59,631 nt of DNA. It comes from a virus (Duplodnaviria > Heunggongvirae > Uroviricota > Caudoviricetes). Where the stretch lies: the IMG/VR virus record IMGVR_UViG_3300042991_000725, positions 1 to 59,631 of that record. The stretch is one strand, 5' to 3'. The notes under the pieces are model-generated. The model saw only the letters and a program-made list of their open reading frames with translations. It was not told the DNA's origin and ran no database searches. Made by a program: the position numbers and the translations under genes. This document shows positions 29,889 through 40,284 of the stretch, in pieces (the first letter of the stretch is position 1; every line of letters begins with the position of its first letter).

Positions 29889-30433
29889 CACCATTACAGA
29901 AGATAGAATCGGGTATTGTGGATGGCAATATGTTTCTTGTAGCAGAAGGGTACTCCGATTTGACCGGGGATAAAATTGAAGTCAGGGATACAATGACCAC
30001 ATCTGATAACAGCGCTTTTAAGCAAATTCTTTCTGTTATAAACGACTATAATGGCGGAAAGCTTATACAATTGACTATCGGAAGTGCCCCAGGGAACCAA
30101 GATACAGAAGGCATTAAACCTCCAGCGAAGCGTGGTCGTCCACCTAAGAACAAGGCTATAACTGCTGTTGCGTTGAACGAAACTGCTTCAAATGCAAATA
30201 GCGGCATTGTTGTAGCGCAAGATCAACCTGCGCCAGTTGCTAACAACGACAAGCCCAAGACTGTAGGTGATGTTTTGGATAAGCTCGACTTTAAGGGAGT
30301 GTCTAGCACGGAGCCACGTCCGCCTCCACGATACCCAAAGACCCAATGCAACATTTGCGAACAGATGTTTGAAAACAAATATAGCTCTGCGAGTTGCCCT
30401 TCTTGTCTCCAGGGTAGGGGGAAGAGGTCATGA
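29885..30433 (+). CDS. Hypothetical protein with AT-hook-like motif and C-terminal Zn ribbon
   Basis: KRGRPPK; CNIC...CPSC. Confidence 0.7.
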   Translation: MTPLQKIESGIVDGNMFLVAEGYSDLTGDKIEVRDTMTTSDNSAFKQILSVINDYNGGKLIQLTIGSAPGNQDTEGIKPPAKRGRPPKNKAITAVALNETASNANSGIVVAQDQPAPVANNDKPKTVGDVLDKLDFKGVSSTEPRPPPRYPKTQCNICEQMFENKYSSASCPSCLQGRGKRS

Positions 30434-31962
30434 AGTTTAAGTACCTTGATTTAACAGATATGGAGCTTGAAAAAGCATTTTTGGGTTGTTGTGCTAAACG
30501 CCCAGATTTGATTTTTGATGTGGAAGGAATCATCAGGCCGGAAGATTTAACAGAAGCAAATTCGGTCATATTCGGCATAATGCATACGCTTGTTGTTGAT
30601 AAAGAGTACAAGAAAATAGATTCTGTAAGCATTATTAATTATGCGAAAGAGGCAAAGCTTAGAGACTCCATTGGTGAAACGAAGTATGTTAGCGAAATTT
30701 GTTCGTCTGATGTTGAACCAAGTAATTGCATGAAGTATGCCGTAAAAATAAAGCAGTTGAGCGCCAAGCGTATTTTGAAGGAAAAGTTGGAAGGCGCTGC
30801 AGCAACTATCTTAAATGATGAAACTACTGTTTTATCTACGCTTGGCAATGTAGAAAAAGAGATTTTTGATTTTACCTCAATCATTAGTAGTGAGAACAAG
30901 ATAAAGAAACTTGGTGCTGGAGCTTTAGAACTTATCACAAAACTGGCAAATGAAAAGAGGGAGACTATAGGTTTGCCAACATCGTTTAAGTTACTTGACA
31001 AAGCCGTTGGTGGTTTGTTTAGGAGGCCATCTGTAAACGTTTTCGCTAGTAGGTCGAAGGGAGGTAAGTCGTTTGCTGCTATGAACTTATGTCACGATCA
31101 AGCCAAAAGAAATGTACCAGTCCTCCTCCTTGACAGCGAATTGTCCGAAGAGGACCAACAAATTCGACTTGTTAGTTTGGAATCTGCCGTTCCTTCTTAT
31201 CAATTGGAGACAGGCCGTTGGTGCGGAGAAGTTGCATATAAGGATATGGCTATTGATTCGGCAAAAGCTTTAGCAGAACTTCCTCTGTATCGTGTCGGCA
31301 TTAGTGGAGAACCTATTGACGCCGCACTATCTTATATTCGCCAATTCTTAAACAGGATTGTTGGTAGGCGCCCTGATGGCCAATATAACGATTGTGTCAT
31401 CTTTTACGACTATCTTAAAATAACCGATGTGAAAGACATAACCAAGAGTGTAGAAGAGCATCAGGCCATTGGCTTCATGATGCAGAAGTTGAGAAATTTG
31501 GCATTAAGATATAACGTATCTATTAACGTCATGGTTCAAAGTAATCGTGCCGGACTCAAGAATTTTGACGAAGGGTCAGTCGCTCTTAGCGATAGACTTT
31601 CATGGTTGTGCACGAGTCTTTCCATGCTTGTCAAAAAGAGTCCAGAGGAAATCAGTCAATATGGGGCACAGCTTGGCCACAGGAAAATGTACGTTATACT
31701 ATCCCACCACGGCGAAGGTCTTGAGCCGGGAGATTTCATCCATCTCAAGGACGATTTGAGACGTGCTAAAATCGAAGAGATAAAGCTTGAGAGTGAAGTC
31801 CAGCAAAATGTCAAAAAAATGATAGATGAAAAAGAAAATTCAAGAGCTAAAAATAAACAACGAGCCAAGAGTGTTAACGAACAATCTACTAAGGAGTTTA
31901 TTGATGAAGACCTTGCCAATAGATCTCTCGGAAGCATCGTTGAAGAAGCTGAAGAGCGCTAA
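30430..31962 (+). CDS. dnaB: Replicative DNA helicase
   Basis: N-terminal DnaB domain (ELEKAFLG), GLPTSF..LD, Walker A RSKGGKS, DSELS, FYDYL, Q.NR. Confidence 0.93.
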   Translation: MKFKYLDLTDMELEKAFLGCCAKRPDLIFDVEGIIRPEDLTEANSVIFGIMHTLVVDKEYKKIDSVSIINYAKEAKLRDSIGETKYVSEICSSDVEPSNCMKYAVKIKQLSAKRILKEKLEGAAATILNDETTVLSTLGNVEKEIFDFTSIISSENKIKKLGAGALELITKLANEKRETIGLPTSFKLLDKAVGGLFRRPSVNVFASRSKGGKSFAAMNLCHDQAKRNVPVLLLDSELSEEDQQIRLVSLESAVPSYQLETGRWCGEVAYKDMAIDSAKALAELPLYRVGISGEPIDAALSYIRQFLNRIVGRRPDGQYNDCVIFYDYLKITDVKDITKSVEEHQAIGFMMQKLRNLALRYNVSINVMVQSNRAGLKNFDEGSVALSDRLSWLCTSLSMLVKKSPEEISQYGAQLGHRKMYVILSHHGEGLEPGDFIHLKDDLRRAKIEEIKLESEVQQNVKKMIDEKENSRAKNKQRAKSVNEQSTKEFIDEDLANRSLGSIVEEAEER

Positions 31963-31978
31963 ATCTAAGCAGTGCAAA

Positions 31979-32107
31979 ATGTTTAAGTATTACGGGTTTT
32001 TATTGTCTAACGAACTTGACAATTCAAAAATAGCAGAGTTGTTGGCTACTCGTGAAATAATAGACGGTGACATCAAAGATATAGATGCGGAACTTTTGAA
32101 AAGATAA
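31979..32107 (+). CDS. Small hypothetical protein
   Basis: Short ORF filling the dnaB-primase gap. Confidence 0.35.
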   Translation: MFKYYGFLLSNELDNSKIAELLATREIIDGDIKDIDAELLKR

Positions 32108-32110
32108 AAG

Positions 32111-33193
32111 ATGGTTATGGTTGACAATAGTCGCACAAAACGGCTTATTGGATATGCCACAGACAATATAACCGTTGTTATGGATTCTTTGGGCATAGAC
32201 TATGCAGATCGTGGAACGTATTATAATAGCAGTTGTTATGTGCATGGCGGCGATAATGGAACCGCCTTTAGTTGGTCTAAGGATTTTGGGTGTTGGAAAT
32301 GTTTTACGCACGGGTGCGATGATGAATTCGGGCATAACGTTGTTGGTCTTGTTGCCGGCGTTAATAAAGCGGGAAGAGATTCGGCTATTGGGTTTTTATA
32401 CAAATTGTTTTCTGACGAATCGGGGGAGTTGTCTGTACCTAAAGATTATGTCGGCATTAAAAGAGACAGGGCATTTTGTCAAACTAATCTTTTTTTAAAT
32501 GTAGAAGACTTGAATTCTTTGACACATTCTATCTATTTTGAACATCGTGGGTTTCATAGTGATGTTTTGGCCAAATACAGAGTGGGCGAATGTCGGGCTG
32601 GATGGAAAGGCGGACTCAATGGGACTACGAAAACTGCTAACGGCGAAGATTGGCATGGGCTATACAGACCTAGGGCTGTTATTCCTATATTTGATATTGA
32701 TAATAATTTTGTTGGATGGAATGCGCGTACATTAGGAGGGGAAAAAACAAAGTGGCTCCCTCCTCCTGGATTTAAGCGCAACTTGAATTTATTCAATATT
32801 AATTATGCAAAGGATGCGATTAAGGAAACTGGGATAGCGATACTATGCGAGGGTTGTCTCGATGTGCTCAAATTGGTCCAAAATGGTTTTGCAAATGTCG
32901 TTGGTCTTTTTGGTGTATCTATGTCTGAGGCACAGCGCAACTTGCTTATTAAATGTGGCGCAAATGCTATAATAGTAGCGCTTGATAATGACGAGAATAG
33001 GGCCGGGAATTTTGGTGCTGAACGAATAATGTCACGAAATTCGACCTATTTTGATGTCACGAATTTGACAAATTACTTGCCTAAAAAAGATTTTGGCGAG
33101 ATGACCGACTTTGAAACCAGGTCTTTTTATTATTATAAGATTAAACCGGCTATGGAGAAAATTGATGGAAGACAACAAGCTAAACAAATGTAG
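32111..33193 (+). CDS. dnaG: DNA primase (Zn finger + Toprim)
   Basis: C.VH...WKCFTHGC Zn finger; RAVIPI.D...G...R; Toprim CEGCLDV and VALDND..AG. Confidence 0.93.
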   Translation: MVMVDNSRTKRLIGYATDNITVVMDSLGIDYADRGTYYNSSCYVHGGDNGTAFSWSKDFGCWKCFTHGCDDEFGHNVVGLVAGVNKAGRDSAIGFLYKLFSDESGELSVPKDYVGIKRDRAFCQTNLFLNVEDLNSLTHSIYFEHRGFHSDVLAKYRVGECRAGWKGGLNGTTKTANGEDWHGLYRPRAVIPIFDIDNNFVGWNARTLGGEKTKWLPPPGFKRNLNLFNINYAKDAIKETGIAILCEGCLDVLKLVQNGFANVVGLFGVSMSEAQRNLLIKCGANAIIVALDNDENRAGNFGAERIMSRNSTYFDVTNLTNYLPKKDFGEMTDFETRSFYYYKIKPAMEKIDGRQQAKQM

Positions 33194-33821
33194 GCCATTT
33201 ATTGTCGGCGTGTCTGGAAAGAAGAGGTCCGGCAAGTCAACGTTTGCTGACATGATTGTTGATGAGTGTGCTAAAAAAGATCTTTGTTGTGTCCGCATGT
33301 CATTTGCCGATATGCTCAAGGAAACTATTCAAGGCGTTTTTGGTATTAATGAAGAGTTGCTCTGGGGCGATGATGACAAGAAATCTCTTTTGTGTAATGT
33401 TGTGTGGTCTGACAATATCAAAAAGATGTTCCCAAAATATAAAAATAAACATAGCAATATGACAGTGCGTGAACTTCTTCAATTTTTAGGCACAGATGTA
33501 TTCAGATTGCTATTTGGAGAGAATGTATGGAAAGACGCTTTATTTAGAAAGGTCGCAGAAGATAGTAGTATACAGGTGATTATTCTAGACGATTGCAGAT
33601 TTAATGACGAATGCGACAAAATAATAGAACTTGAAGGAATACTCATCAGGCTTAGGCGTGGAGAGGATTCCAAGGACAGCCATGAGAGCGAAACGGCTTT
33701 GGACAATTATAATTGGAAGAATCATAGTTGTTTGGTGATTGATAAAAACGCTTCTATAGAAGAATATAAAAAGATTGCCCATAAAATAGTTGAAGATGAT
33801 ATCGAAAGGAAAGTCAAATGA
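33165..33821 (+). CDS. Deoxynucleoside monophosphate kinase
   Basis: GVSGKKRSGKST P-loop, SFAD.LK, RELLQFLGTD..R, DDCRFNDE, HESE. Confidence 0.9.
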   Translation: MEDNKLNKCRPFIVGVSGKKRSGKSTFADMIVDECAKKDLCCVRMSFADMLKETIQGVFGINEELLWGDDDKKSLLCNVVWSDNIKKMFPKYKNKHSNMTVRELLQFLGTDVFRLLFGENVWKDALFRKVAEDSSIQVIILDDCRFNDECDKIIELEGILIRLRRGEDSKDSHESETALDNYNWKNHSCLVIDKNASIEEYKKIAHKIVEDDIERKVK

Positions 33822-34687
33822 AATGTGAGATGTTGTCGGCATCTAGAGCGGAGTTATTTAGGCGATGTATGTTTGGCTATTTCGTCAAGTATTATTATAA
33901 TGGTTTGGGGCGGGACGATACTACGGCGCTGGATATAGGGACTACAGTTCATGAATGTTTCGAATATATTGGCAAGCATCAAACTGATGTGGTAGATAGA
34001 GACAGTCATAAGCCGATAGTTGATGTCAACGATCTGGTCCTAGAGATTTTCCAAACAACAGAGTATTTTACAAAAAACAAATTAGATGTTAAAGATTTGC
34101 CAAACAACCACATCTATTGCGAGTGCAACACTATAGTCAATAGGTACTTAGATAGTAAGGACTGTGTGTTGTACGACGAAATCTATATAAAAGATGGGCA
34201 ACCCGTTGTGGAGCAAGAGTTTAAGTTAAAAATCGAAGGCTGTGGTCTCAACCAGCCACTGGAAATAACAGGCTTTATGGATATAGCTTTGAAGGTGAAT
34301 AGCGACACCTTGATCATAAACGATTACAAGTCAAGCAAATCTGTAATGCAGTATGATGACATAATTAACAATATACAGCTCAAGATGTACTTCGTTGCCG
34401 CAAAACATATATTCCCTGAAATCAAACACTTCATTATGAGGCTTGATTACTGTAAATTGGGCAAAAATCGTATAGTTACATTCGATAGGGATTATCCATT
34501 GGAAGTAGAATTATTCGGGATTTCCAACAGCATAAAACGCCAAACCGTATCTAATATATATAGAGAGCCGGGATGGTATTGTGACCGCATGTGCATTGGA
34601 AGGGAGCATTGTTATCAGTTGTGGAATTCATTAAAGAAATCTGGTTTGATGAGGGATGAACTCTATGGAAGAGGAACGACAGTTTAA
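33818..34687 (+). CDS. PD-(D/E)xK exonuclease, Cas4/AddB-like with Fe-S Cys ligands
   Basis: LSAS....RRC, GTTVH, GFMDI...DYKS, QLKMY, C-terminal CDRMC...C. Confidence 0.88.
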   Translation: MKCEMLSASRAELFRRCMFGYFVKYYYNGLGRDDTTALDIGTTVHECFEYIGKHQTDVVDRDSHKPIVDVNDLVLEIFQTTEYFTKNKLDVKDLPNNHIYCECNTIVNRYLDSKDCVLYDEIYIKDGQPVVEQEFKLKIEGCGLNQPLEITGFMDIALKVNSDTLIINDYKSSKSVMQYDDIINNIQLKMYFVAAKHIFPEIKHFIMRLDYCKLGKNRIVTFDRDYPLEVELFGISNSIKRQTVSNIYREPGWYCDRMCIGREHCYQLWNSLKKSGLMRDELYGRGTTV

Positions 34688-35432
34688 ATGTAACGCTAAG
34701 CATAATTGTTGTAATTGCAAAGTTTGTGAAACTACTGTATTGGCAGGTAGAGACGGGCACCTTTACATAGACGGTGGCGGCCCTGTCTGTATTTTATGCA
34801 AGTCTTGTAGAAAGTATTATTTGAAAGACCTTGTGCAGGTGAGTAATGAAATAAAGAAGAATCTTGCGCTATTACATGTTGTTTTTGACGACGGGCTTAC
34901 CTTACGACAGCTAATGCTCGGATTTAGTCAACTGGCTGTTGATTTTAACTTCATGCATTCAAATTGTCTCACAGGGATTTTCAACAAAATGTTGTCCATC
35001 CCCAAAAATGAATATAGAACAGAGATTCAGGAAAATTGCTATATAGGTTTTGATACGGAACTTGTTGTTACTAACTTAAAGAAAACAAATACATTAGATA
35101 TTCATCGTTATGCTTATGTAAAATGTCTTGAGCGTTCTGTCGATACAATAGAAAATTATAAACTCACAGATATTATAGATATGAGAGTCCATCTTTCAAA
35201 GATTGCTCCTTTGGTATTTGAATACGATCAACTTGATGAAGACGGAATACCGATTAGAAAAGAAAAGATGAAAGTCACATTGTTGTGGAAAATGTTAGAG
35301 ATATTGAGTGCTATAAGATTTATGTTCGTTAATCTTGAATCTCCTAATGCAGATATGATGACTGAAACAATCAGGGAATATCAAAATATGGTTTTGAAGC
35401 CGCTGATTAACAGAACAATGATGATCAATTGA
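34656..35432 (+). CDS. Cys-rich hypothetical protein
   Basis: N-terminal CCNCKVC and CILCKSC. Confidence 0.6.
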   Translation: MNSMEEERQFKCNAKHNCCNCKVCETTVLAGRDGHLYIDGGGPVCILCKSCRKYYLKDLVQVSNEIKKNLALLHVVFDDGLTLRQLMLGFSQLAVDFNFMHSNCLTGIFNKMLSIPKNEYRTEIQENCYIGFDTELVVTNLKKTNTLDIHRYAYVKCLERSVDTIENYKLTDIIDMRVHLSKIAPLVFEYDQLDEDGIPIRKEKMKVTLLWKMLEILSAIRFMFVNLESPNADMMTETIREYQNMVLKPLINRTMMIN

Positions 35433-35438
35433 GGAACT

Positions 35439-37274
35439 ATGTCTTATATAAGTCTTCATAATCACAGCCATTACAGCATACTTGATAGCTTGATAAGAGT
35501 TGATCAACTATTGGGCATTGCAGATGAGTATAAGATGGAAGCCGTAGCAATTACAGACCACGGCAATTGTTTTGGGCATAATGAGTTTTGGAAATTGCAT
35601 ACTGATAAAAAGGGTAAATTCAAGAACGTCAAACCGATCTTTGGTTGCGAAATTTATGTTGAAGATGGTATAGACAAGTTGACGCATATGATCCTGTTAG
35701 CCAAAAACAACAATGGTCTGCAAAATCTTTACTCTATAGTCTCTGATTCAAATAGAAATTTCAAGAAAAATCCACGTACTACCATACCTATATTAAATCA
35801 GTATGGCAAAGATCTTATATGCATGTCTGCCTGCATTGGCGGCTATACAGCTCGTCCGTTTATTAAAAATGACGAAGCGGAAGGTATGCGCAGGATAGAC
35901 GAGCTATTGAATATCTTTAAGGATGATTTCTATCTGGAAGTGCAGGACGAAAACACAAAGTATTACAATAGCAACGATTACAGCGAAGATAGCATTAGGA
36001 GCTACATGAAGGAATCTACTGCTGATTTAGATAGGCAAGAGATAGAGATGCCCGAACAAGTGCTTATAAAAAAGATATATAGAGAAATTGGGAAGCGGAA
36101 GTCCATTCCTGTTGTTTGTTCGTCTGACCCCCATTATGTCAAGCCTGGGGATGCGTTGTGCCATGACATCCTCTTATGTATCCGTTCACATTCTGTCATT
36201 ACTGATGATAAGAGGACGAAAGAGAATCCAAAAGGCAGACGATTCGCTTTCCCGTGCCATAATTTTTATTTCAAAAACGAAAAATATATGTTGTCAAGAT
36301 TCACGAAAGAAGAGGTTGAGAACACGCACAGAATTGCCAAAATGTGCAATGCAACCATAGAAAAGCGCAAAACATATCCTAAATATAAATTTGTTCCAAG
36401 TGGAGAAACCTCTGTATCATACACAAAGTCTCTGCTCAACTCCGGATGGAAAAGACTGAAGATCGATTTGAAGTCTAATAAAGACGAATATAAGAAAAGA
36501 TTGCATCATGAGTTCGAAGTTTTGGCCAAGTATGACCTGTTGGACTATTTCCTTGTTCTTAAAGACATTGTCAATTTTTGTGAATCTAAGGATATCGATT
36601 CTGGACCGGGGCGCGGATCGGCCGCAGGGTCGTTGCTTTTGTACATTCTCGGCATCACTAAGGTCGATCCAATCAAACACGAATTAATGTTTGGCAGATT
36701 CTTTAATGAAGCCAGAATGAGCAAAGACGCCGGTTCTGGTCTCGATGTGGACATGGACTTTCAGCGCGACAGGCGGGACGAAGTTTTTGCTTATATTAAA
36801 GAAAGATTTGGACAAGATTGCGTCGCTCCAATTATGACAATAGGCACACTCGACTCCAAGTCTGCCGTTAAAGCTGTTGGCCGAGCCTTGGGCCTCAATT
36901 ATGATGATGTCAACAGAATAACCAAAGAATGTTTCCCAAATCATTACGAGGATTTGGCAGACGCAATAAAACAAGAAAATAAATTGCGCCAAGAATACAA
37001 GAAAAACAAAAGACTTTTTGAGCTTGCGCGTATGGTGGAGGGTAACGCCAGCAGTCGTGGCACTCATGCTTGCGGGATTATTATTAACGATAAGCCGCTT
37101 GGTCGTGAATTCCCTCTATGTTGGGATCCAGAAAAGCAGCATCTAATTTCTGGTATTGTCGGCAAAGACATTGACGGACTGGGGTTTACAAAGATTGATA
37201 TTTTAGGATTGTCTTGTCTAAGCATTATCAAAGACACCATCAAAATGATTAAGGATGATTGCCGTGGCAACTAA
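35439..37274 (+). CDS. dnaE: DNA polymerase III alpha subunit, N-terminal half (PHP + palm/catalytic core)
   Basis: HNHSHYS, TDHGN, GCEIY, GRGSAAGS, catalytic DVDMDF, HACG, KIDILGL; stops 22 aa after KIDILGL. Confidence 0.96.
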   Translation: MSYISLHNHSHYSILDSLIRVDQLLGIADEYKMEAVAITDHGNCFGHNEFWKLHTDKKGKFKNVKPIFGCEIYVEDGIDKLTHMILLAKNNNGLQNLYSIVSDSNRNFKKNPRTTIPILNQYGKDLICMSACIGGYTARPFIKNDEAEGMRRIDELLNIFKDDFYLEVQDENTKYYNSNDYSEDSIRSYMKESTADLDRQEIEMPEQVLIKKIYREIGKRKSIPVVCSSDPHYVKPGDALCHDILLCIRSHSVITDDKRTKENPKGRRFAFPCHNFYFKNEKYMLSRFTKEEVENTHRIAKMCNATIEKRKTYPKYKFVPSGETSVSYTKSLLNSGWKRLKIDLKSNKDEYKKRLHHEFEVLAKYDLLDYFLVLKDIVNFCESKDIDSGPGRGSAAGSLLLYILGITKVDPIKHELMFGRFFNEARMSKDAGSGLDVDMDFQRDRRDEVFAYIKERFGQDCVAPIMTIGTLDSKSAVKAVGRALGLNYDDVNRITKECFPNHYEDLADAIKQENKLRQEYKKNKRLFELARMVEGNASSRGTHACGIIINDKPLGREFPLCWDPEKQHLISGIVGKDIDGLGFTKIDILGLSCLSIIKDTIKMIKDDCRGN

Positions 37275-37728
37275 TATAAAAAATCGGCCAATATCAAAAA
37301 TAAGTTGGGAGTTCTGCTGGAATGCGGCGGAAACATTGGCTGATGACATTTCCAAGATAGAACCGGACGCTACTACTATTATTGGTATTATGCGTGGTGG
37401 TATTATTTTTTCTGCCATGCTTCAATATTATTTGGGTTTTTGTGATGTTAAATCATTTGATGTAGACGATCATAATTTGGTTATTTCCACATATGGTGAC
37501 GGTTATCATGGTGGACTTGTAAGTGATGAATTTTATGGCCGCAATATTCTATTGGTTGACGATATTTCAGATACCGGGACCACATTAAATCGGGCTTCAG
37601 CTATTCTTTCACGGTACTGTACGACGATTAAAACCTGTACAATATTCATTAATAACAATACCAAGAAGTTCCCCGATTATTATTTTGGGAAAACGAATGA
37701 TTGGATTTTATATCCTTGGGAGAAATAA
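37255..37728 (+). CDS. Type I (purine) phosphoribosyltransferase
   Basis: IIGIMRGG, PRPP motif LLVDDISDTGTTL, W..YPWE. Confidence 0.9.
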   Translation: MIAVATNIKNRPISKISWEFCWNAAETLADDISKIEPDATTIIGIMRGGIIFSAMLQYYLGFCDVKSFDVDDHNLVISTYGDGYHGGLVSDEFYGRNILLVDDISDTGTTLNRASAILSRYCTTIKTCTIFINNNTKKFPDYYFGKTNDWILYPWEK

Positions 37729-38669
37729 TGGATAGAGAATTGTACTACAAGGACGTTTTACTTCTTCCTAATTACTCAATTGTAGAATCGAGAAACGACA
37801 TAAAAACAACGGTTTTTCTCGGTAGTATGACGTTTGAACTTCCGGTAGTCGCGGCGAATATGCGAAGTGTTATTTCTGAAGACCTTGCTGTTGAAATGGC
37901 TACAAAGAGATATTTCTATATTATGCACAGATTTGGTGTTGATAATATTAAGTTTTGCAGAATGATGGGAGAACGAAAGCTGTATACTTCTATTTCTGTT
38001 GGTGTCAACCAGGAAAGCAAGAGCATTATTAGTGAGCTTGCGGCCAAGAAAATTTATCCTTCTTATGTCTGCATTGACATTGCCCATGGATACGCCGTGA
38101 AGATGCGTGATATGATTGTTTTTATAAAACATGTATTGCCTAAATCATTTATTATTGCCGGAAATGTTTGTACGTCGAATGCCGTTACCGCTTTAGATGA
38201 ATGGGGGGCCGATGCAATTAAGGTGGGCACGAGTGGAGGTAGGGTATGTTCTACGAAGACCGCTACAGGATTCGCTAGACCGCAATTTTCGGCAGTATTG
38301 GAATGCTCAAAAGCAACATCAAAGCCTGTTATCGCAGATGGAGGAGTAGCTGAAATAGGAGACATAAATAAAGCTTTGTGTGCTGGCGCAAGCATGGTAA
38401 TGTGTGGGAATCTTTTTTCGTCATGTGAGGAAAGTCCGGGTGACACATTTACATTTAATGGTATTAGATACAAGTCTTTTTACGGCAGTGCGTCTGAACA
38501 TATGAGCGGCAAGAAGGAATATATCGAAGGGTTCCGTATTGATCAACCAGTAAAAGGTTCTATTTGGGATGTTTATAAACGTATTAACGACGGAGTGCGT
38601 AGTGCAGTTAGTTATGCTGGCGGCACTAATCTTGGTGTTTTTAAGAATGTGAGATGGGTAACTATTTAA
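37728..38669 (+). CDS. guaC: GMP reductase
   Basis: PVVAANM, IDIAHG, IIAGNV, KVG..GG.VCST, IADGG, FYGSAS, YIEG; no CBS domain. Confidence 0.88.
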   Translation: MDRELYYKDVLLLPNYSIVESRNDIKTTVFLGSMTFELPVVAANMRSVISEDLAVEMATKRYFYIMHRFGVDNIKFCRMMGERKLYTSISVGVNQESKSIISELAAKKIYPSYVCIDIAHGYAVKMRDMIVFIKHVLPKSFIIAGNVCTSNAVTALDEWGADAIKVGTSGGRVCSTKTATGFARPQFSAVLECSKATSKPVIADGGVAEIGDINKALCAGASMVMCGNLFSSCEESPGDTFTFNGIRYKSFYGSASEHMSGKKEYIEGFRIDQPVKGSIWDVYKRINDGVRSAVSYAGGTNLGVFKNVRWVTI

Positions 38670-38670
38670 C

Positions 38671-38883
38671 ATGACAACACTTATTATAGATAAAACTGGA
38701 AAATATGAAACTGAATATTCCACCATTCAGTCTGATGAATTTGAAGATTTTATTGGCATTTGGATGGATGATGTTATCGTTGCCGGATGCTTCCTTTATT
38801 TTATGCGGGGGTGGAGTGAATCAAGTGTTAGAGAGTATGTGAAAGAGATGAATTGGAAAATTGAAAGTGAGGTGAAGTCATGA
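38671..38883 (+). CDS. Hypothetical protein
   Basis: 70 aa ORF. Confidence 0.55.
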   Translation: MTTLIIDKTGKYETEYSTIQSDEFEDFIGIWMDDVIVAGCFLYFMRGWSESSVREYVKEMNWKIESEVKS

Positions 38884-38937
38884 AAGTTTATATTGTTACT
38901 AAGGGCCATTATAGTGACTTTGACAAGGGGGGAAACA

Positions 38938-39399
38938 ATGGATGATAATAAGATTTATAATTTTTTTGTAGTAGAAAAATATTTTCAAGAAAAGCGGTGG
39001 GACGTTTTAGCCATGCTTATTAAGGTGATTCTAAAAAAATTCAAGACAGAGGTCAATGTTTCCGCTTACTCTTATTTAAATCCAGAAGACAATTCTAATA
39101 GAGTTAATATAGATATAGAAACTGGCTCATTAAACAAAAGTGCCGAATACGAAGACGGCGATTCATCTGCTGGTTGTAATGGTCGTTTTGTTTTTTTTGA
39201 TTATTATATAGGACAATTGGTTTTAGTCAAAGATTCAGATGTTACTGGAGAAATAACAGAGCTTAAGCTTAACGCTATAGATAAATATTATGGTGTAACA
39301 AGTTATAAAAATACGAATGAATTCGTCGGATTTTTTAAGAAGGAAGAAATAGAGTTAATAGAGGATGATAGTGAAGATGGAGCAAGGAGCAGAAAGTGA
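38938..39399 (+). CDS. Hypothetical protein
   Basis: SD AAGGGGGG before ATG at 38938. Confidence 0.6.
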   Translation: MDDNKIYNFFVVEKYFQEKRWDVLAMLIKVILKKFKTEVNVSAYSYLNPEDNSNRVNIDIETGSLNKSAEYEDGDSSAGCNGRFVFFDYYIGQLVLVKDSDVTGEITELKLNAIDKYYGVTSYKNTNEFVGFFKKEEIELIEDDSEDGARSRK

Positions 39400-39911
39400 A
39401 CACTTACTTCATAGCAGATACCCATTTTGGCCACGCCAATATAATTTTGTATGAGAATAGGCCGTTCCACGATTGTTACGAAATGGACCTTGCGCTAATA
39501 AACAATTGGAACGATAAGGTTGGCCGTCTTGATAAGGTATTTTGTTTGGGCGACTTTGCCCTTTCTAATAAAGGATTTACTACTTTTGTATGCGCTAAAT
39601 TGAACGGCATAAAAAGCCTTATTATGGGCAATCATGACTGCCGATCAGCGTCTTGGTATATAGATGTTGGATTTGATGAAGTTTATAAATATCCGATTAT
39701 TTATCATGATTTTTACATTTTGTCTCACGAGCCTGTTTATTTAAATAATCACATGCCTTATGTGAACATACACGGACATTTGCATAGCAGGAAAATGGAT
39801 AATAAGAAGTATGTTAATGTGTCAGTAGAGAATGTCGAATACGCTCCTGTTGATTTTGATGCTATAAATAACACATTCAATCCTAACGTCGGGATAAACA
39901 TTGGACACTAA
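39396..39911 (+). CDS. Calcineurin-like metallophosphoesterase
   Basis: ADTHFGH, LGDF, GNHD, LSHEP, HGHLH. Confidence 0.93.
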   Translation: MNTYFIADTHFGHANIILYENRPFHDCYEMDLALINNWNDKVGRLDKVFCLGDFALSNKGFTTFVCAKLNGIKSLIMGNHDCRSASWYIDVGFDEVYKYPIIYHDFYILSHEPVYLNNHMPYVNIHGHLHSRKMDNKKYVNVSVENVEYAPVDFDAINNTFNPNVGINIGH

Positions 39912-40284
39912 AAACCATATTCTTGTCGATCTTGATGGCACTCTCGCTTATTACGACGGGCCGTCAGGCGGCGAAGTTGGCAGACCCATTCAATGTATGG
40001 TAGAAAGAGTGCGAAGTGTCCTAGATAACGGTGGAAATGTTAAAATCTTTACAGCTCGTGCAGCCGAAGGCGATCCTATGTATACAGAAGAAGAGAGGCA
40101 GCTGCGGTTGCAGAAAATTGAAGAATGGTGTTTAAAGACATTCGGGAAGAAGATAGAAATTACGGCGACAAAAACACAATATGCAACGGAGATTTGGGAT
40201 GACCGTGCGGTAGCTGTGGAGTCTAATACTGGAAGGATGAAATCCTTTTTTAAGGAAGATAAAAATGCAAAGGCCCGTTCTTAA
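39901..40284 (+). CDS. HAD-superfamily hydrolase (PNKP phosphatase-like)
   Basis: VDLDGTLA, FTAR, K...WDDRAV. Confidence 0.85.
   Translation: MDTKNHILVDLDGTLAYYDGPSGGEVGRPIQCMVERVRSVLDNGGNVKIFTARAAEGDPMYTEEERQLRLQKIEEWCLKTFGKKIEITATKTQYATEIWDDRAVAVESNTGRMKSFFKEDKNAKARS

Noticed and set aside
33818-34687. CRISPR-associated Cas4
   Set aside because: No array or other cas genes; replication-module context fits a standalone phage exonuclease.
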